Notes under the pieces: model-generated
Databases searched by the model: none
Seen by the model: only the letters and a program-made list of their open reading frames with translations
Told to the model about the DNA's origin: nothing
Source of the DNA: Convolutriloba macropyga
Taxonomy: Eukaryota
Direction of reading: 5' to 3'
Assembly (NCBI RefSeq): GCF_964194025.1
Contig: NC_134478.1
Coordinates: forward strand, 15,314,001 to 15,378,000
DNA: 64,000 nucleotides
Shown: positions 13,601 through 26,059 of the stretch, piece by piece
Layout: the number at the start of each line of letters is the position of its first letter
How positions within the stretch are numbered: the stretch's first letter is position 1
Translations under genes and position numbers: made by a program

Positions 13601-16600
13601 CAGAAATTTTGTCTCACTTTACAGCTCACATGTTTAATAAATAGGAGAAGCATTTTTCATCCCCAAAACACAGGAACATAAAACGACTCAGCGTTGCAAG
13701 TGCCCTCGAAAAACAGGCGGCATGGGGTTGATTAAAATATTTCATGTCTACAAAAGGAGGAAAACCGACACGGGTTTGAACCCTCGGCCCTCAGAATAGC
13801 AGTCCTCCATCTTACCAACTGCGCTATAACGACTACATTCCACCGTATCTCACAACTGCTTTTATCGTATCAATAAAAAATTCAGATTGAGAGCATTTGA
13901 GATCACACAATAATCAAAAAGTTAAGCGTGAAAAACTTAGTTGAAAGATAAGAGCGTTCTAGAATACTGCAGAATCTGTCAAGCTGAAACTTTGCAGAGA
14001 AACACGTTAACAATAGGAACTTCAAACTTAATTCGTGAGCAATTAAAAAACACATAGTACCCAGGGCAGTAAAAACTCCCTCAAGCCCTCTTAGCCTCGT
14101 GGTAACTGCACCCCACTAACAGTCTTTTGACCCAGGTTCGGTTCTCATCCGTGTACTTTGAGCCTTTTAGGTCATTGACGTCTCTCGATATGTTCGCTTA
14201 ACCATGCTGCTCAATGCGGCTCTTAAACATGCGCTTCGAGAAGCCCCTTAAACATGCAGAAATTTTGTCCCACTTTAGAGCTCACGAGTTTAATGTATAG
14301 GATTAGCATTTTTCATCCCCAAAACACAGAGAAACATAAAACGACTCAGCGTTGCACGAAGTGCCCTCGAACAACAGGCGGCATGGGCTTGATTAAGAAT
14401 TTTCATGTCTACAAAAAGGAGGAAACCCGACACGGGTTTGAACCCTCGGCCCTCAGAATAGCAGTCCTCCATCTTACAAACTGCACTATAACGACTACAT
14501 TCCACCGTATCTCACAACTGCTTTTATCGTATCCATAAAAATTTCAGATTGAGAGCATTCGAGATCACACAATAATCAAAAAGTTAAGCGTGAAAAACTT
14601 AGTTGAAAGTTAAGAGTGTTCTAGAAGAGCGCAGAATCTGTAAAGCTCAAACTTCGCAGAAAAACACGTTTACAATCAGAACTTCAATCTTTGTTCGGGA
14701 GCATTTAAAAAACACGTAATAAGCAGGACAGAAAATTCCTACCTCTGGAAGAGCATAATTTCAAGCCCTCTTAGCCTTGTGGTAACTGCACCTGACTAAC
14801 AGTCTTTTGACCCAATTGCAGTTCTCACCCATTTAATTTGAGCCTTTTAGGTCATTGACCTCTCTCAAAATGTTCGCTTTACCATGCTGCTCAATGCGGC
14901 TCTTAAACATGCGCTTCAAGAAGCCCCTTAAACATGCAGAAATTTTGTCTCACTTTACAGCTCACATGTTTAATAAATAGGAGAAGCATTTTTCATCCCC
15001 AAAACACAGGAACATAAAACGACTCAGCGTTGCAAGTGCCCTCGAAAAACAGGCGGCATGGGGTTGATTAAAATATTTCATGTCTACAAAAGGAGGAAAA
15101 CCGACACGGGTTTGAACCCTCGGCCCTCAGAATAGCAGTCCTCCATCTTACCAACTGCGCTATAACGACTACATTCCACCGTATCTCACAACTGCTTTTA
15201 TCGTATCAATAAAAAATTCAGATTGAGAGCATTTGAGATCACACAATAATCAAAAAGTTAAGCGTGAAAAACTTAGTTGAAAGATAAGAACGTTCTAGAA
15301 TACTGCAGAATCTGTCAAGCTGAAACTTTGCAGAGAAACACGTTAACAATAGGAACTTCAAACTTAATTCGTGAGCAATTAAAAAACACATAGTACCCAG
15401 GGCAGTAAAAACTCCCTCAAGCCCTTTTAGCCTCGTGGTAACTGCACCCCACTAACAGTCTTTTGACCCAGGTTCGGTTCTCATCCGTGTACTTTGAGCC
15501 TTTTAGGTCATTGACGTCTCTCGATATGTTCGCTTAACCATGCTGCTCAATGCGGCTCTTAAACATGCGCTTCGAGAAGCCCCTTAAACATGCAGAAATT
15601 TTGTCCCACTTTAGAGCTCACGAGTTTAATGTATAGGATTAGCATTTTTCATCCCCAAAACACAGAGAAACATAAAACGACTCAGCGTTGCACGAAGTGC
15701 CCTCGAACAACAGGCGGCATGGGCTTGATTAAGAATTTTCATGTCTACAAAAAGGAGGAAACCCGACACGGGTTTGAACCCTCGGCCCTCAGAATAGCAG
15801 TCCTCCATCTTACAAACTGCACTATAACGACTACATTCCACCGTATCTCACAACTGCTTTTGTATCAATAAAAAATTCAGATTGAGAGCATTTGAGATCA
15901 CACAATAATCAAAAAGTTAAGCGTGAAAAACTTAGTTGAAAGTTAAGAGTGTTCTAGAAGAGCGCAGAATCTAAAAAGCTCAAACTTCGCAGAAAAACAC
16001 GTTTACAATCAGAACTTCAATCTTTGTTCGGGAGCATTTAAAAAACACGTAATAAGCAGGACAGAAAATTCCTACCTCTGGAAGAGCATAATTTCAAGCC
16101 CTCTTAGCCTTGTGGTAACTGCACCTGACTAACAGTCTTTTGACCCAGGTTCGGTTCTCAGCCATCTACTTTGAGCCTTTTAGGTCAGTGACCTCTCTCG
16201 ATATGTTCACTTAACCATGCTACTCACTGCGGCTCTTAAACATGCGCCTCCAGAGGCCTCTTAAACATGCAAAAAATTTGTCCCATTTTAAAACTCACAG
16301 AAAATTCCTACCTCTGGAAGAGCATAATTTCAAGCCCTCTTAGCCTTGTGGTAACTGCACCTGACTAACAGTCTTTTGACCCAATTTCAGTTCTCACCTA
16401 TTTACTTTGTGCCTTTTAGGTCATTGACCTCTCTCATAATGTTCGCTTAACCATGCTGCTCAATGCGGCTCCTAAACATGCGCTTCGAGGGGCCCCTTAA
16501 ACAAGCAAAAATTTTGTTCCATTTTAAAGATCACGCGTTTAACATATAGGATTAGCATTTTTCATCCCCCAAACACACACAGGAACATAAAACAACTCAG

Positions 16601-19600
16601 TGTCGCAAGAAGTTTCCTCGAAAAACAGGCGGCATGGGGTTGATTAAAAACTTTCATGTCTAAAAAAGGAAGGATAACCGACACGGGTTCGAACCCTCGA
16701 CCTTCAGAATAGCAGTCCTCCATCTTGCCAACTGCGTTATAACGACTACATACCACCGTTTCTCACAGTCGCTTTTATCGTATAAATAACCATATTTCAG
16801 ATTGAGCATTTGAGATCACAAAAAATCAAAAAGTTAAGCGTGAAAAACTTAGTTGAAAGTTAACAGTGTTCTAGAAGAGCGCAGAATCTGTAAAGCTGAA
16901 ATTTTGCAGAAAAACACGTTTACAATCAGATCTTCAAATTTTGTTCGGGAGTATTTAAAAAACACGTAATAACCAGGACAGAAAATTCCTACCTCTGGAA
17001 GAGCATAATTTCAAGCCCTCTTAGCCTTGTGGTAACTGCACCTGACTAACAGTCTTTTGACCCAGGTTCGGTTCTCAGCCATCTACTTTGAGCCTTTTAG
17101 GTCAGTGACCTCTCTCGATATGTTCACTTAACCATGCTACTCACTGCGGCTCTTAAACATGCGCCTCCAGAGGCCTCTTAAACATGCAGAAAATTTGTCC
17201 CATTTTAAAACTCACGCGTTCAATATATATAGGATTAGCATTTTTCATCCCCCAAACACACACAGGAACATAAAACAACTCAGCGTCGCAAGAAGTTTCT
17301 TCGAAAAACAGGCGGCATGAGGTTGATTATAAATTTTCATGTCTAAAAAAGGAAGGATACCCGACACGGGTTCGAACCCTCGACCTTCAGAATAGCAGTC
17401 CTCCATCTTAACAACTGCGTTATAACGACTACATACCACCGTTTCTCGCAGTCGCTTTTATCGTATAAATAAACATATTTCAGATTGACCATTTGAAATC
17501 ACAAAAAATCAAAAAGTTCAGCGTGAAAAACTTAGTTGAAAGCTAAGAGTGTTCCAGAATAGCGCAGAATCTGTAAAGCTAACACTTTGCAGAAAAACAC
17601 GTTTACAATCAGAACTCCAAATTTTGTTCGGGAGCATTTAAAAAACAAGTAATAACCAGGACAGTAAATCCTCCCTCTGGGAGAGAATAATTCCAAGCCC
17701 CCTTAATCTCGTGGTAACTGCACCTGACTAACAGTCATTTACACAGGTTCGGTTCTCAGCCATCTACTTTGAGCCTTTTAGGTCAGTGACTTTTCTCGAT
17801 ATGTTTGCTTAACAATGCTACTCACTGCGGCTCTTAAACATGCGCTTCCAGAGGCCTCTTAAACATGCAAAAATTTGGTCCCATTTTAAAACTCACGCGT
17901 TCAATATATATAGGATTAGCATTTTTCATCCCCCAAACACACACAGGAACATAAAACAACTCAGCGTCGCAAGAAGTTTCTTCGAAAAACAGGCGGCATG
18001 AGGTTGATTATAAATTTTCATGTCTAAAAAAGGAAGGATAACCGACACGGGTTCGAACCCTCGACCTTCAGAATAGCAGTCCTCCATCTTGCCAACTGCG
18101 TTATAACGACTACATACCACCGTTTCTCACAGTCGCTTTTATCGTATAAATAACCATATTTCAGATTGAGCATTTGAGATCACAAAAAATCAAAAAGTTA
18201 AGCGTGAAAAACTTAGTTGAAAGTTAACAGTGTTCTAGAAGAGCGCAGAATCTGTAAAGCTGAAATTTTGCAGAAAAACACGTTTACAATCAGATCTTCA
18301 AATTTTGTTCGGGAGTATTTAAAAAACACGTAATAACCAGGACAGAAAATTCCTACCTCTGGAAGAGCATAATTTCAAGCCCTCTTAGCCTTGTGGTAAC
18401 TGCACCTGACTAACAGTCTTTTGACCCAGGTTCGGTTCTCAGCCATCTACTTTGAGCCTTTTAGGTCAGTGACCTCTCTCGATATGTTCACTTAACCATG
18501 CTACTCACTGCGGCTCTTAAACATGCGCCTCCAGAGGCCTCTTAAACATGCAAAAAATTTGTCCCATTTTAAAACTCACAGAAAATTCCTACCTCTGGAA
18601 GAGCATAATTTCAAGCCCTCTTAGCCTTGTGGTAACTGCACCTGACTAACAGTCTTTTGACCCAGGTTCGGTTCTCAGCCATCTACTTTGAGCCTTTTAG
18701 GTCAGTGACCTCTCTCGATATGTTCACTTAACCATGCTACTCACTGCGGCTCTTAAACATGCGCCTCCAGAGGCCTCTTAAACATGCAGAAAATTTGTCC
18801 CATTTTAAAACTCACGCGTTCAATATATATAGGATTAGCATTTTTCATCCCCCAAACACACACAGGAACATAAAACAACTCAGCGTCGCAAGAAGTTTCT
18901 TCGAAAAACAGGCGGCATGAGGTTGATTATAAATTTTCATGTCTAAAAAAGGAAGGATACCCGACACGGGTTCGAACCCTCGACCTTCAGAATAGCAGTC
19001 CTCCATCTTAACAACTGCGTTATAACGACTACATACCACCGTTTCTCGCAGTCGCTTTTATCGTATAAATAAACATATTTCAGATTGACCATTTGAAATC
19101 ACAAAAAATCAAAAAGATCAGCGTGAAAAACTTAGTTGAAAGCTAAGAGTGTTCCAGAATAGCGCAGAATCTGTAAAGCTAAAACTTTGCAGAAAAACAC
19201 GTTTACAATCAGAACTCCAAATTTTGTTCGGGAGCATTTAAAAAACAAGTAATAACCAGGACAGTAAATCCTCCCTCTGGGAGAGAATAATTCCAAGCCC
19301 CCTTAATCTCGTGGTAACTGCACCTGACTAACAGTCATTTACACAGGTTCGGTTCTCAGCCATCTACTTTGAGCCTTTTAGGTCAGTGACCTTTCTCGAT
19401 ATGTTTGCTTAACAATGCTACTCACTGCGGCTCTTAAACATGCGCTTCCAGAGGCCTCTTAAACATGCAAAAATTTGGTCCCATTTTAAAACTCACGCGT
19501 TCAATATATAGGATTAGCACTTTTCATCCCCCAAACACACACAGGAACATAAAACAACTCAGCGTCGCAAGAAGTTTCCTCGAAAAACAGGCGGCATGGG

Positions 19601-22600
19601 GTTGATTATAAATTTTCATGTCTAAAAAAGGAAGGATAACCGACACGGGTTCGAACCCTCGACCTTCAGAATAGCAGTCCTCCATCTTGGCAACTGCGTT
19701 ATAACGACTACATACCACCGTTTCTCACAGTCGCTTTTATCGTATAAATAACCATATTTCAGATTGAGCATTTGAGATCACAAAAAATCAAAAAGTTAAG
19801 CGCGAAAAACTTAGTTGAAAGCTAAGAGTGTTCTAGAATAGCGCAGAATCTGTAAAGCTGAAATTTGCAGAAAAACACGTTTACAATCAGAACTTCAAAT
19901 TTTGTTCGGGGGCATTTAAAAAACACGTAATAACCAGGACAGAAAATTCCTACCTCTGGAAGAGCATAATTTCAAGCCCTCTTAGCCTTGTGGTAACTGC
20001 ACCTGACTAACAGTCTTTTGACCCAGTTTCGGTTCTCACCCATTTACTTTGAGCCTTTTTGGTCATTGACCTCTCTCAAAATGTTTGCTTAACCATGCTG
20101 CTCAATGCGGCTCCTAAACATGCGCATCGAGGGGCCCCTTAAACAAGCAAAAATTTTGTTCCATTTTAAAGCTCACGCGTTTAATATATAGGATTAGCAA
20201 TTTTCATCCCCCCAAACACACACAAGAACATAAAACGAACTAGCGTCTCAAGAAGTGCTCTCGAACAACAGGCAGCATGGTGTTTAGAAATTTTCATTTG
20301 TACAAAAAGGAGGTTACCCGACACTGGTTCGAACCTTCTACCCTCTAAATAGCAGTTCTCCAACTTTCCGACTGCGGTATAACGAATTTACACAACCGTT
20401 TCTCTCAATCGCTTTTATCGTATAAATAAACATATTTCAGATTGAGCATTTGAGATCACACAAAAATCAAAAAGTTAAGCGTGAAAAACTTAGTTGAAAG
20501 CTAAGTGTTCTAGAATAGCGCAGAATCTGTAACGCTAAAACTTTGCAGAAAAACACGTTTACAATCAGAACTCCAAATTTTGTTCGGGAGCATTTAAAAA
20601 ACACGTAATAACCAGGACAGTAAATCCTCCCTCTGGGAGAGAATAATTTCAAGCCCTCTTAGCCTCGTAGTAACTGCACCTGACTAACAGTCTTTTGACC
20701 CAGGTTCGGTTCTCAGCCATCTACTTTGAGCCTTTTAGGTCAGTGACCTCTCTCGATATGTTCACTTAACCATGCTACTCACTGCGGCTCTTAAACATGC
20801 GCCTCCAGAGGCCTCTTAAACATGCAAAAAATTTGTCCCATTTTAAAACTCACGCGTTCAATATATAGGATTAGCATTTTTCATCCCCCAAACACACACA
20901 GGAACATAAATCAACTCAGCGTCGCAAGAAGTTTCTTCGAAAAACAGGCGGCATGAGGTTGATTATAAATTTTCATGTCTAAAAAAGGAAGGATACCCAA
21001 CACGGGTTCGAACCCTCGACCTTCAGAATAGCAGTCCTCCATCTTAACAACTGCGTTATAACGACTACATACCACCGTTTCTCGCAGTCGCTTTTATCGT
21101 ATAAATAAACATATTTCAGATTGACCATTTGAAATCACAAAAAATCAAAAAGTTCAGCGTGAAAAACTTAGTTGAAAGCTAAGAGTGTTCCAGAATAGCG
21201 CAGAATCTGTAAAGCTAAAACTTTGCAGAAAAACACGTTTACAATACAATCAGAACTCCAAATTTTGTTCGGGAGCATTTAAAAAACAAGTAATAACCAG
21301 GACAGTAAATCCTCCCTCTGGGAGAGAATAATTCCAAGCCCCCTTAATCTCGTGGTAACTGCACCTGACTAACAGTCATTTACACAGGTTCGGTTCTCAG
21401 CCATCTACTTTGAGCCTTTTAGGTCAGTGACCTCTCTCGATATGTTTGCTTAACAATGCTACTCACTGCGGCTCTTAAACATGCGCTTCCAGAGGCCTCT
21501 TAAACATGCAAAAATTTGGTCCCATTTTAAAACTCACGCGTTCAATATATAGGATTAGCATTTTTCATCCCCCAAACACACACAGGAACATAAAACAACT
21601 CAGCGTCGCAAGAAGTTTCCTCGAAAAACAGGCGGCATGGGGTTGATTATAAATTTTCATGTCTAAAAAAGGAAGGATACTCGACACGGGTTCGAACCCT
21701 CGACCTTCAGAATAGCAGTCCTCCATCTTATCAACTGCGTTATAACGACTAAATACCACCGTTTCTCGCAGTCGCTTTTATCGTATAAATAAACATATTT
21801 CAGAGTGAGCATTTGAGATCATAAAAAATCAAAAAGTTAAGCGCGAAAAACTTAGTTGAAAGCTAAGAGTGTTCTAGAATAGCGCAGAATCTGTAACGCT
21901 GAAATTTGCAGAAAAACACGTTTACAATCAGAACTTCAAATTTTGTTCGGGAGCATTTAAAAAACACGTAATAACCAGGACAGAAAATTCCTACCTCTGG
22001 AAGAGCATAATTTCAAGCCCTCTTAGCCTTGTGGTAAGTGCACCTGAATAACAGTCTTTTGACCCAGTTTCGGTTCTCACCCATTTACTTTGAGCCTTTT
22101 TGGTCATTGACCTCTCTCAAAATGTTTGCTTAACCATGCTGCTCAATGCGGCTCCTAAACATGCGCATCGAGGGGCCCCTTAAACAAGCAAAAATTTTGT
22201 TCCATTTTAAAGCTCACGCGTTTAATATATAGGATTAGCAATTTTCATCCCCCCAAACACACACAAGAACATAAAACGAACTAGCGTCTCAAGAAGTGCT
22301 CTCGAACAACAGGCAGCATGGTGTTTAGAAATTTTCATTTGTACAAAAAGGAGGTTACCCGACACTGGTTCGAACCTTCTACCCTCTAAATAGCAGTTCT
22401 CCAACTTTCCAACTGCGGTATAACGAATTTACACAACCGTTTCTCTCAATCGCTTTTATCGTATAAATAAACATATTTCAGATTGAGCATTTGAGATCAC
22501 ACAAAAATCAAAAAGTTAAGCGTGAAAAACTTAGTTGAAAGCTAAGTGTTCTAGAATAGCGCAGAATCTGTAACGCTAAAACTTTGCAGAAAAACACGTT

Positions 22601-25055
22601 TACAATCAGAACTCCAAATTTTGTTCGGGAGCATTTAAAAAACACGTAATAACCAGGACAGTAAATCCTCCCTCTGGGAGAGAATAATTTCAAGCCCTCT
22701 TAGCCTCGTAGTAACTGCACTTGACTAACAGTCTTTTGACACAGGTTCGGTTCTCACCCAAGTACTTTGAGCCTTTTGGGTCATTGACCTCTCTCGATAT
22801 GTTCGCTTAACCATGCTGCTCAATGCGGCTCTTAAACATGCGCTTCGAGAGGCCCCCAAACATGCAAAAAATTTGTCCCATTTTAGAGCTCACGCGTTTA
22901 CTATATAGGATAGCATCTGCGGATTCAGAGGGGGGCAGACTTAGTGGCGCCTCACCATTTCCAAAAATATGCCATTATAGAGCTATAACTTTGCGCTTCC
23001 AATGAAATCTCCACACAACCTTCAGTCAAAAAAGGCACAAATGGCCAAACACAAAGATACTTTGAGGTTTTGGGATTATGTACAAAACGTATTTAATCAA
23101 CTTCTGATATCTTAACAAAAACTACTTATACCAAACTCGGCTCAACAGCCGGGGTAGCATAGATTTATGAAGTTATAGAACACAAAATCATCCTTTTCGC
23201 CCAATTGTGAATACTTAATTTCTGTTTCGTTAAAATAAGTGGTTAATAATAGCATCGAAATCTCCCCACAGTGATCAATAAAGACACAAACCGACCAGAT
23301 AATTACAGTGACTCTGACTCTGACAGAGTTCTCCTGACTCTGAAAAAGATTGTATCAATGAAGTTACCTGGACTTCTGGAGTAATAGAATCAATTGAGCT
23401 TGTGCTGGGTGACCTGTAGATGGTACCAAATGTGTTGCTGTCTCCACTCGCACCAACCCCAGAACTACAACCAGTGGCAGATCGACACCTTACGGGTCCA
23501 CTCGGCTGCTGACCACTTGCATCCAAAGCAGCTGCACACTTTGATGACGTCTAAAACATTGCAACTAAAATTTTAAGAAGATACCATATGACCACGTGTA
23601 TATACCAAGCATTAAGAAAGCAGTTCGACAAAAAAATTCCTCGGTTACCTTTGAAGGTATTCATTCGTACAGCAAATCCTTTAACCAAAAGCCCTTCAGT
23701 TTATGAGCCCAAAATTTTGCAGCTCGTTTGCCGTTTACAGCTGTTCAATTTATTTTTTATCATTATGTTTGCATCAGTTCACAGAACTATGACAGCTATT
23801 TTTAGCTAACATACTTCAACTAGTAACAATAACGCAAAACGCAAGATAATTCATTATAATAGAAGTGACAGTAAGTGATAAATCAAATAAAATTTGTCAA
23901 AGCATTCTGAATTTAGATGAGGTTTATATAAATATTGACAGTTGTTTTATAAGAAACCGTAATGTTCAAGGTTACATTAAAATACATTTACTTTGTGAAG
24001 ACTAAAACCAGCTGATACTAGCCCTATCACTCGGGGAGCACTCTTCTTTAATTGACGTTTTACGCAAATTGACAAATTGAAGTAATGAAATTAATATTTT
24101 TAAATTCTTTTCGTATGTTTAAAAGCATTTGCTTCAATGGAAATCCATCATTAATAAAATGCTTCAAGAATCTACTTACATTTGTGGGGGGCTCCGCGGG
24201 AGTGGTTTGTTGGAATTGTAAGAAATTTTTTAGCTTTCGCCTCTTGTTGTCACTCGAAAGTTTTGCAAGAATGAAATCTTCGCTGGCCTTAATTTCATCT
24301 TGACGCTCTTGGCGGAATTCATCACGCACCTAGATAAGGAGAAGTACAATACAATTAACAATTATAAATTAAAAGTATTTACAATCAATGACCTCTTCCG
24401 CCGCTTTATACACTATACCATACATGAAAAGAATGCGGCACAGATCTCTTCATTTAAAAGCAAAAATGAAATTGTTATAGTTGAGATTTTGGGTCTAGGC
24501 TGGTGCGTCTCAAGTCTGTTTATTCCGTACAAGCCAACCCCAAACATACCCTTTGCAACTCCTGCTGATATTCCAGGGATATTTCTCCAGGAAGTGCAAA
24601 ATGATGTGCAACTGCTTTCTTTTCTGAAACCGCAAGATTTCAAATAAATTTTGTTCAATTTTATCAATTGACAAGAAGCAAATCAGACCTGGCGTCTCCA
24701 CGGCGTGTTTTGCGTGTGAAGTGCAAGAACATGGACTTGTCAAGCAGATACATTTGGCAGAAAGGAGACCCAAAGATATTTTACTCCGTATATGATCACT
24801 CACAACAGCTGGAAATTGCGCTTGAATCTGCTTCCACAATTCTTCGTCGACCAGGCTATTTTCTCTGGATACATTTCGAGCCCAATTACTTATTCGATGA
24901 CGGCAAATCGGGCAAGTATAGTTCACTTCCTCAACTTGTTTATCAAAGCATGCAAGGCACAGTTTGTGATTGCAAGGAAGGGATACTGGTTCTATTAAAA
25001 TAAAGAAGCAAATCGGACAGCGAAATTGTTCAAAATTAGTTATTTCACTTGACAT
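7632..25055 (-). CDS. RNF168: RNF168/RNF169-family RING E3 ubiquitin ligase (multi-exon; 3' end may continue beyond window start)
   Basis: Phase-consistent GT-AG exons: 25055-24689, 24623-24550, 24329-24180, 23550-23368, 8862-8610, 8110-7637 (or stop at 7632). N-terminal C3HC4 RING (CPIC...PCNHKLCLAC...CPICRHRISNWAR...LVDEELWKQIQ) and PGEISLEYQQELQR..EIKASEDFIL match RNF168-type RING and LRM1/UMI segments. The spliced SIDSITPEVQ|GYLFKPIHCSPRTPPRR...PPVIRSVPR resembles the RNF169 FKPIVCSPCTPP segment (recalled). Confidence 0.8.
11459..11529 (-). pseudogene. Solitary tRNA-Asn(GTT)-derived pseudogene or SINE head
   Basis: Reverse complement reads GCATAGTTAGCGTAATTGGTGAGACCTATGGCTGTTAAGCGAGGGATATGGGTTCGAGCCCGAGTCGGTGC: A-box, CT-GTT-AA loop and B-box present, stems imperfect. 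Confidence 0.6.
12040..12190. repeat. GA/CA-rich low-complexity microsatellite
   Basis: gagagaga/aacagaa/cacaca tracts. Confidence 0.7.
12345..22915 (-). repeat. Tandem satellite of ~660-685-bp units, 15 of them carrying a tRNA-derived Pol III cassette
   Basis: Unit marker cattttt-catcccc-aaacac recurs at ~12445, 12977, 13651, 14307, 14987, 15643, 16555, 17239, 17920, 18838, 19518, 20197, 20875, 21559, 22238. Near-identical spurious ORFs recur in the ORF track. Confidence 0.95.
12561..12633 (-). pseudogene. tRNA-derived cassette, first of 15 array copies (others at ~13093, 13765, 14427, 15101, 15763, 16678, 17361, 18042, 18961, 19640, 20318, 20997, 21681, 22359)
   Basis: Reverse complement GTCGTTATAGCGCAATTGGTAAGATGGATGACTGTTAAGCTGAGGGTCGAGGGTTCGAACCCGTGTTGGG has A-box TAGCGCAATTGG and B-box GGTTCGAACCC, with a T-run just downstream. 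D, anticodon and acceptor stems do not pair, so it is not a functional tRNA. Confidence 0.75.
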
Positions 25056-25181
25056 TTCTTCACTTGAGTCATTTCTTCACTGAAACCAGTCAACAAATCT
25101 ATTTCCAGATCAGCAACTAATAATTACAAAAATTTTTCGTTTGCGATTTAATTCTTAATTTGCACCTTTCAAAAAAAATCA

Positions 25182-25414
25182 GGTCGTTCTCATTCTTGCC
25201 CCAACCCCCATCATGGTATACAAAGCGTGATGAGGGCTACAATTTTGTTGGGGGGGGGGGGGGGTTACAACGGGAAAGACCCTATTTGAATCAAGGTAAT
25301 GAAAATAAACGGGTCTCTCTCTCATTGTAGCCCCCCCATTATGGTATATTTACCATGATTGGGGGCCTATAGGTTACCTGACCACTGAGCTGGGGGGCTA
25401 TATTGGGAAAGACC
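25182..25414. mobile_element. Two adjacent ~100-bp MITE-like palindromic elements upstream of the RING gene
   Basis: 25182-25281: ggtcgttctcatt...cccc / gggg...aacgggaaagacc. 25311-25414: gggtctctctctcattgtagccccc / gggggctatattgggaaagaccc. Confidence 0.5.
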
Positions 25415-26059
25415 CAAATAAACATAAACCACCAAACAGGAACTTTTAGTTAATTTCCAGGGCTGCAATGGGGATTTTAATTTTAGATTGACCTCAGATA
25501 CTGATACGTATGTGTGGTACTGATAGTTATGTATATGTATGTGTATATATGTATATATATAGGCGCTTTCATCTCCACTTGTTGGTTATTTTTATGACTG
25601 GGCCGTCTTTACACTGTCTGGAGGGCAACAGCTTGGAGTGCAGCATCATCCCTTATGTTCCGACCTACATCCATCGTTGCCGGATGGTGAACACGGTCCT
25701 TTTTATTTATTTTTTTAAAGATAGAGAGAGAGATACTGATAGGGTTGTCAATTTACGACCCCAATTACAAATTTTATGTCGTTATATAGCACGTTACCAT
25801 GTAAAAAAATAGTACGCGCGTGGGGCTTATAAGATATAAGCCCACTAATCTGGGGGGGGGGGAGGCGCAAAACAGAATATATTAGATAATCTAAAAAGTG
25901 GCTCAGGCAAAGATTTTAAAAGTGATCTTTCGGGCTTCACAGTCGTGGTAAAAAAATAAGTAAAAATGAAACATAATGAAGGCTAGCCTACTAACCGTGC
26001 CACTGAAACGGTCAATTCAGTACAGAAACATAAAAAGCTACAAATAGAAACTCTCGTCA

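Noticed and set aside
12561-22430. Functional tRNA gene cluster (Asn-GTT, Ser-GCT or suppressor)
   Set aside because: Acceptor, D, anticodon and T stems fail to pair, and there is no long variable arm as Ser would need. Treated as tRNA-derived cassettes.
14254-22693. Repeated 60-94 aa ORFs as a peptide gene family
   Set aside because: They are by-products of the tandem repeat, occur on both strands, vary in frame between units and have no recognisable domain.
12345-22915. Hammerhead ribozyme in the satellite unit (Sm-alpha/retrozyme-like)
   Set aside because: I found no CTGAnGA core with a matching stem-GAAA on either strand by eye; the nearest are CTGAGGG and CTGAAGG.
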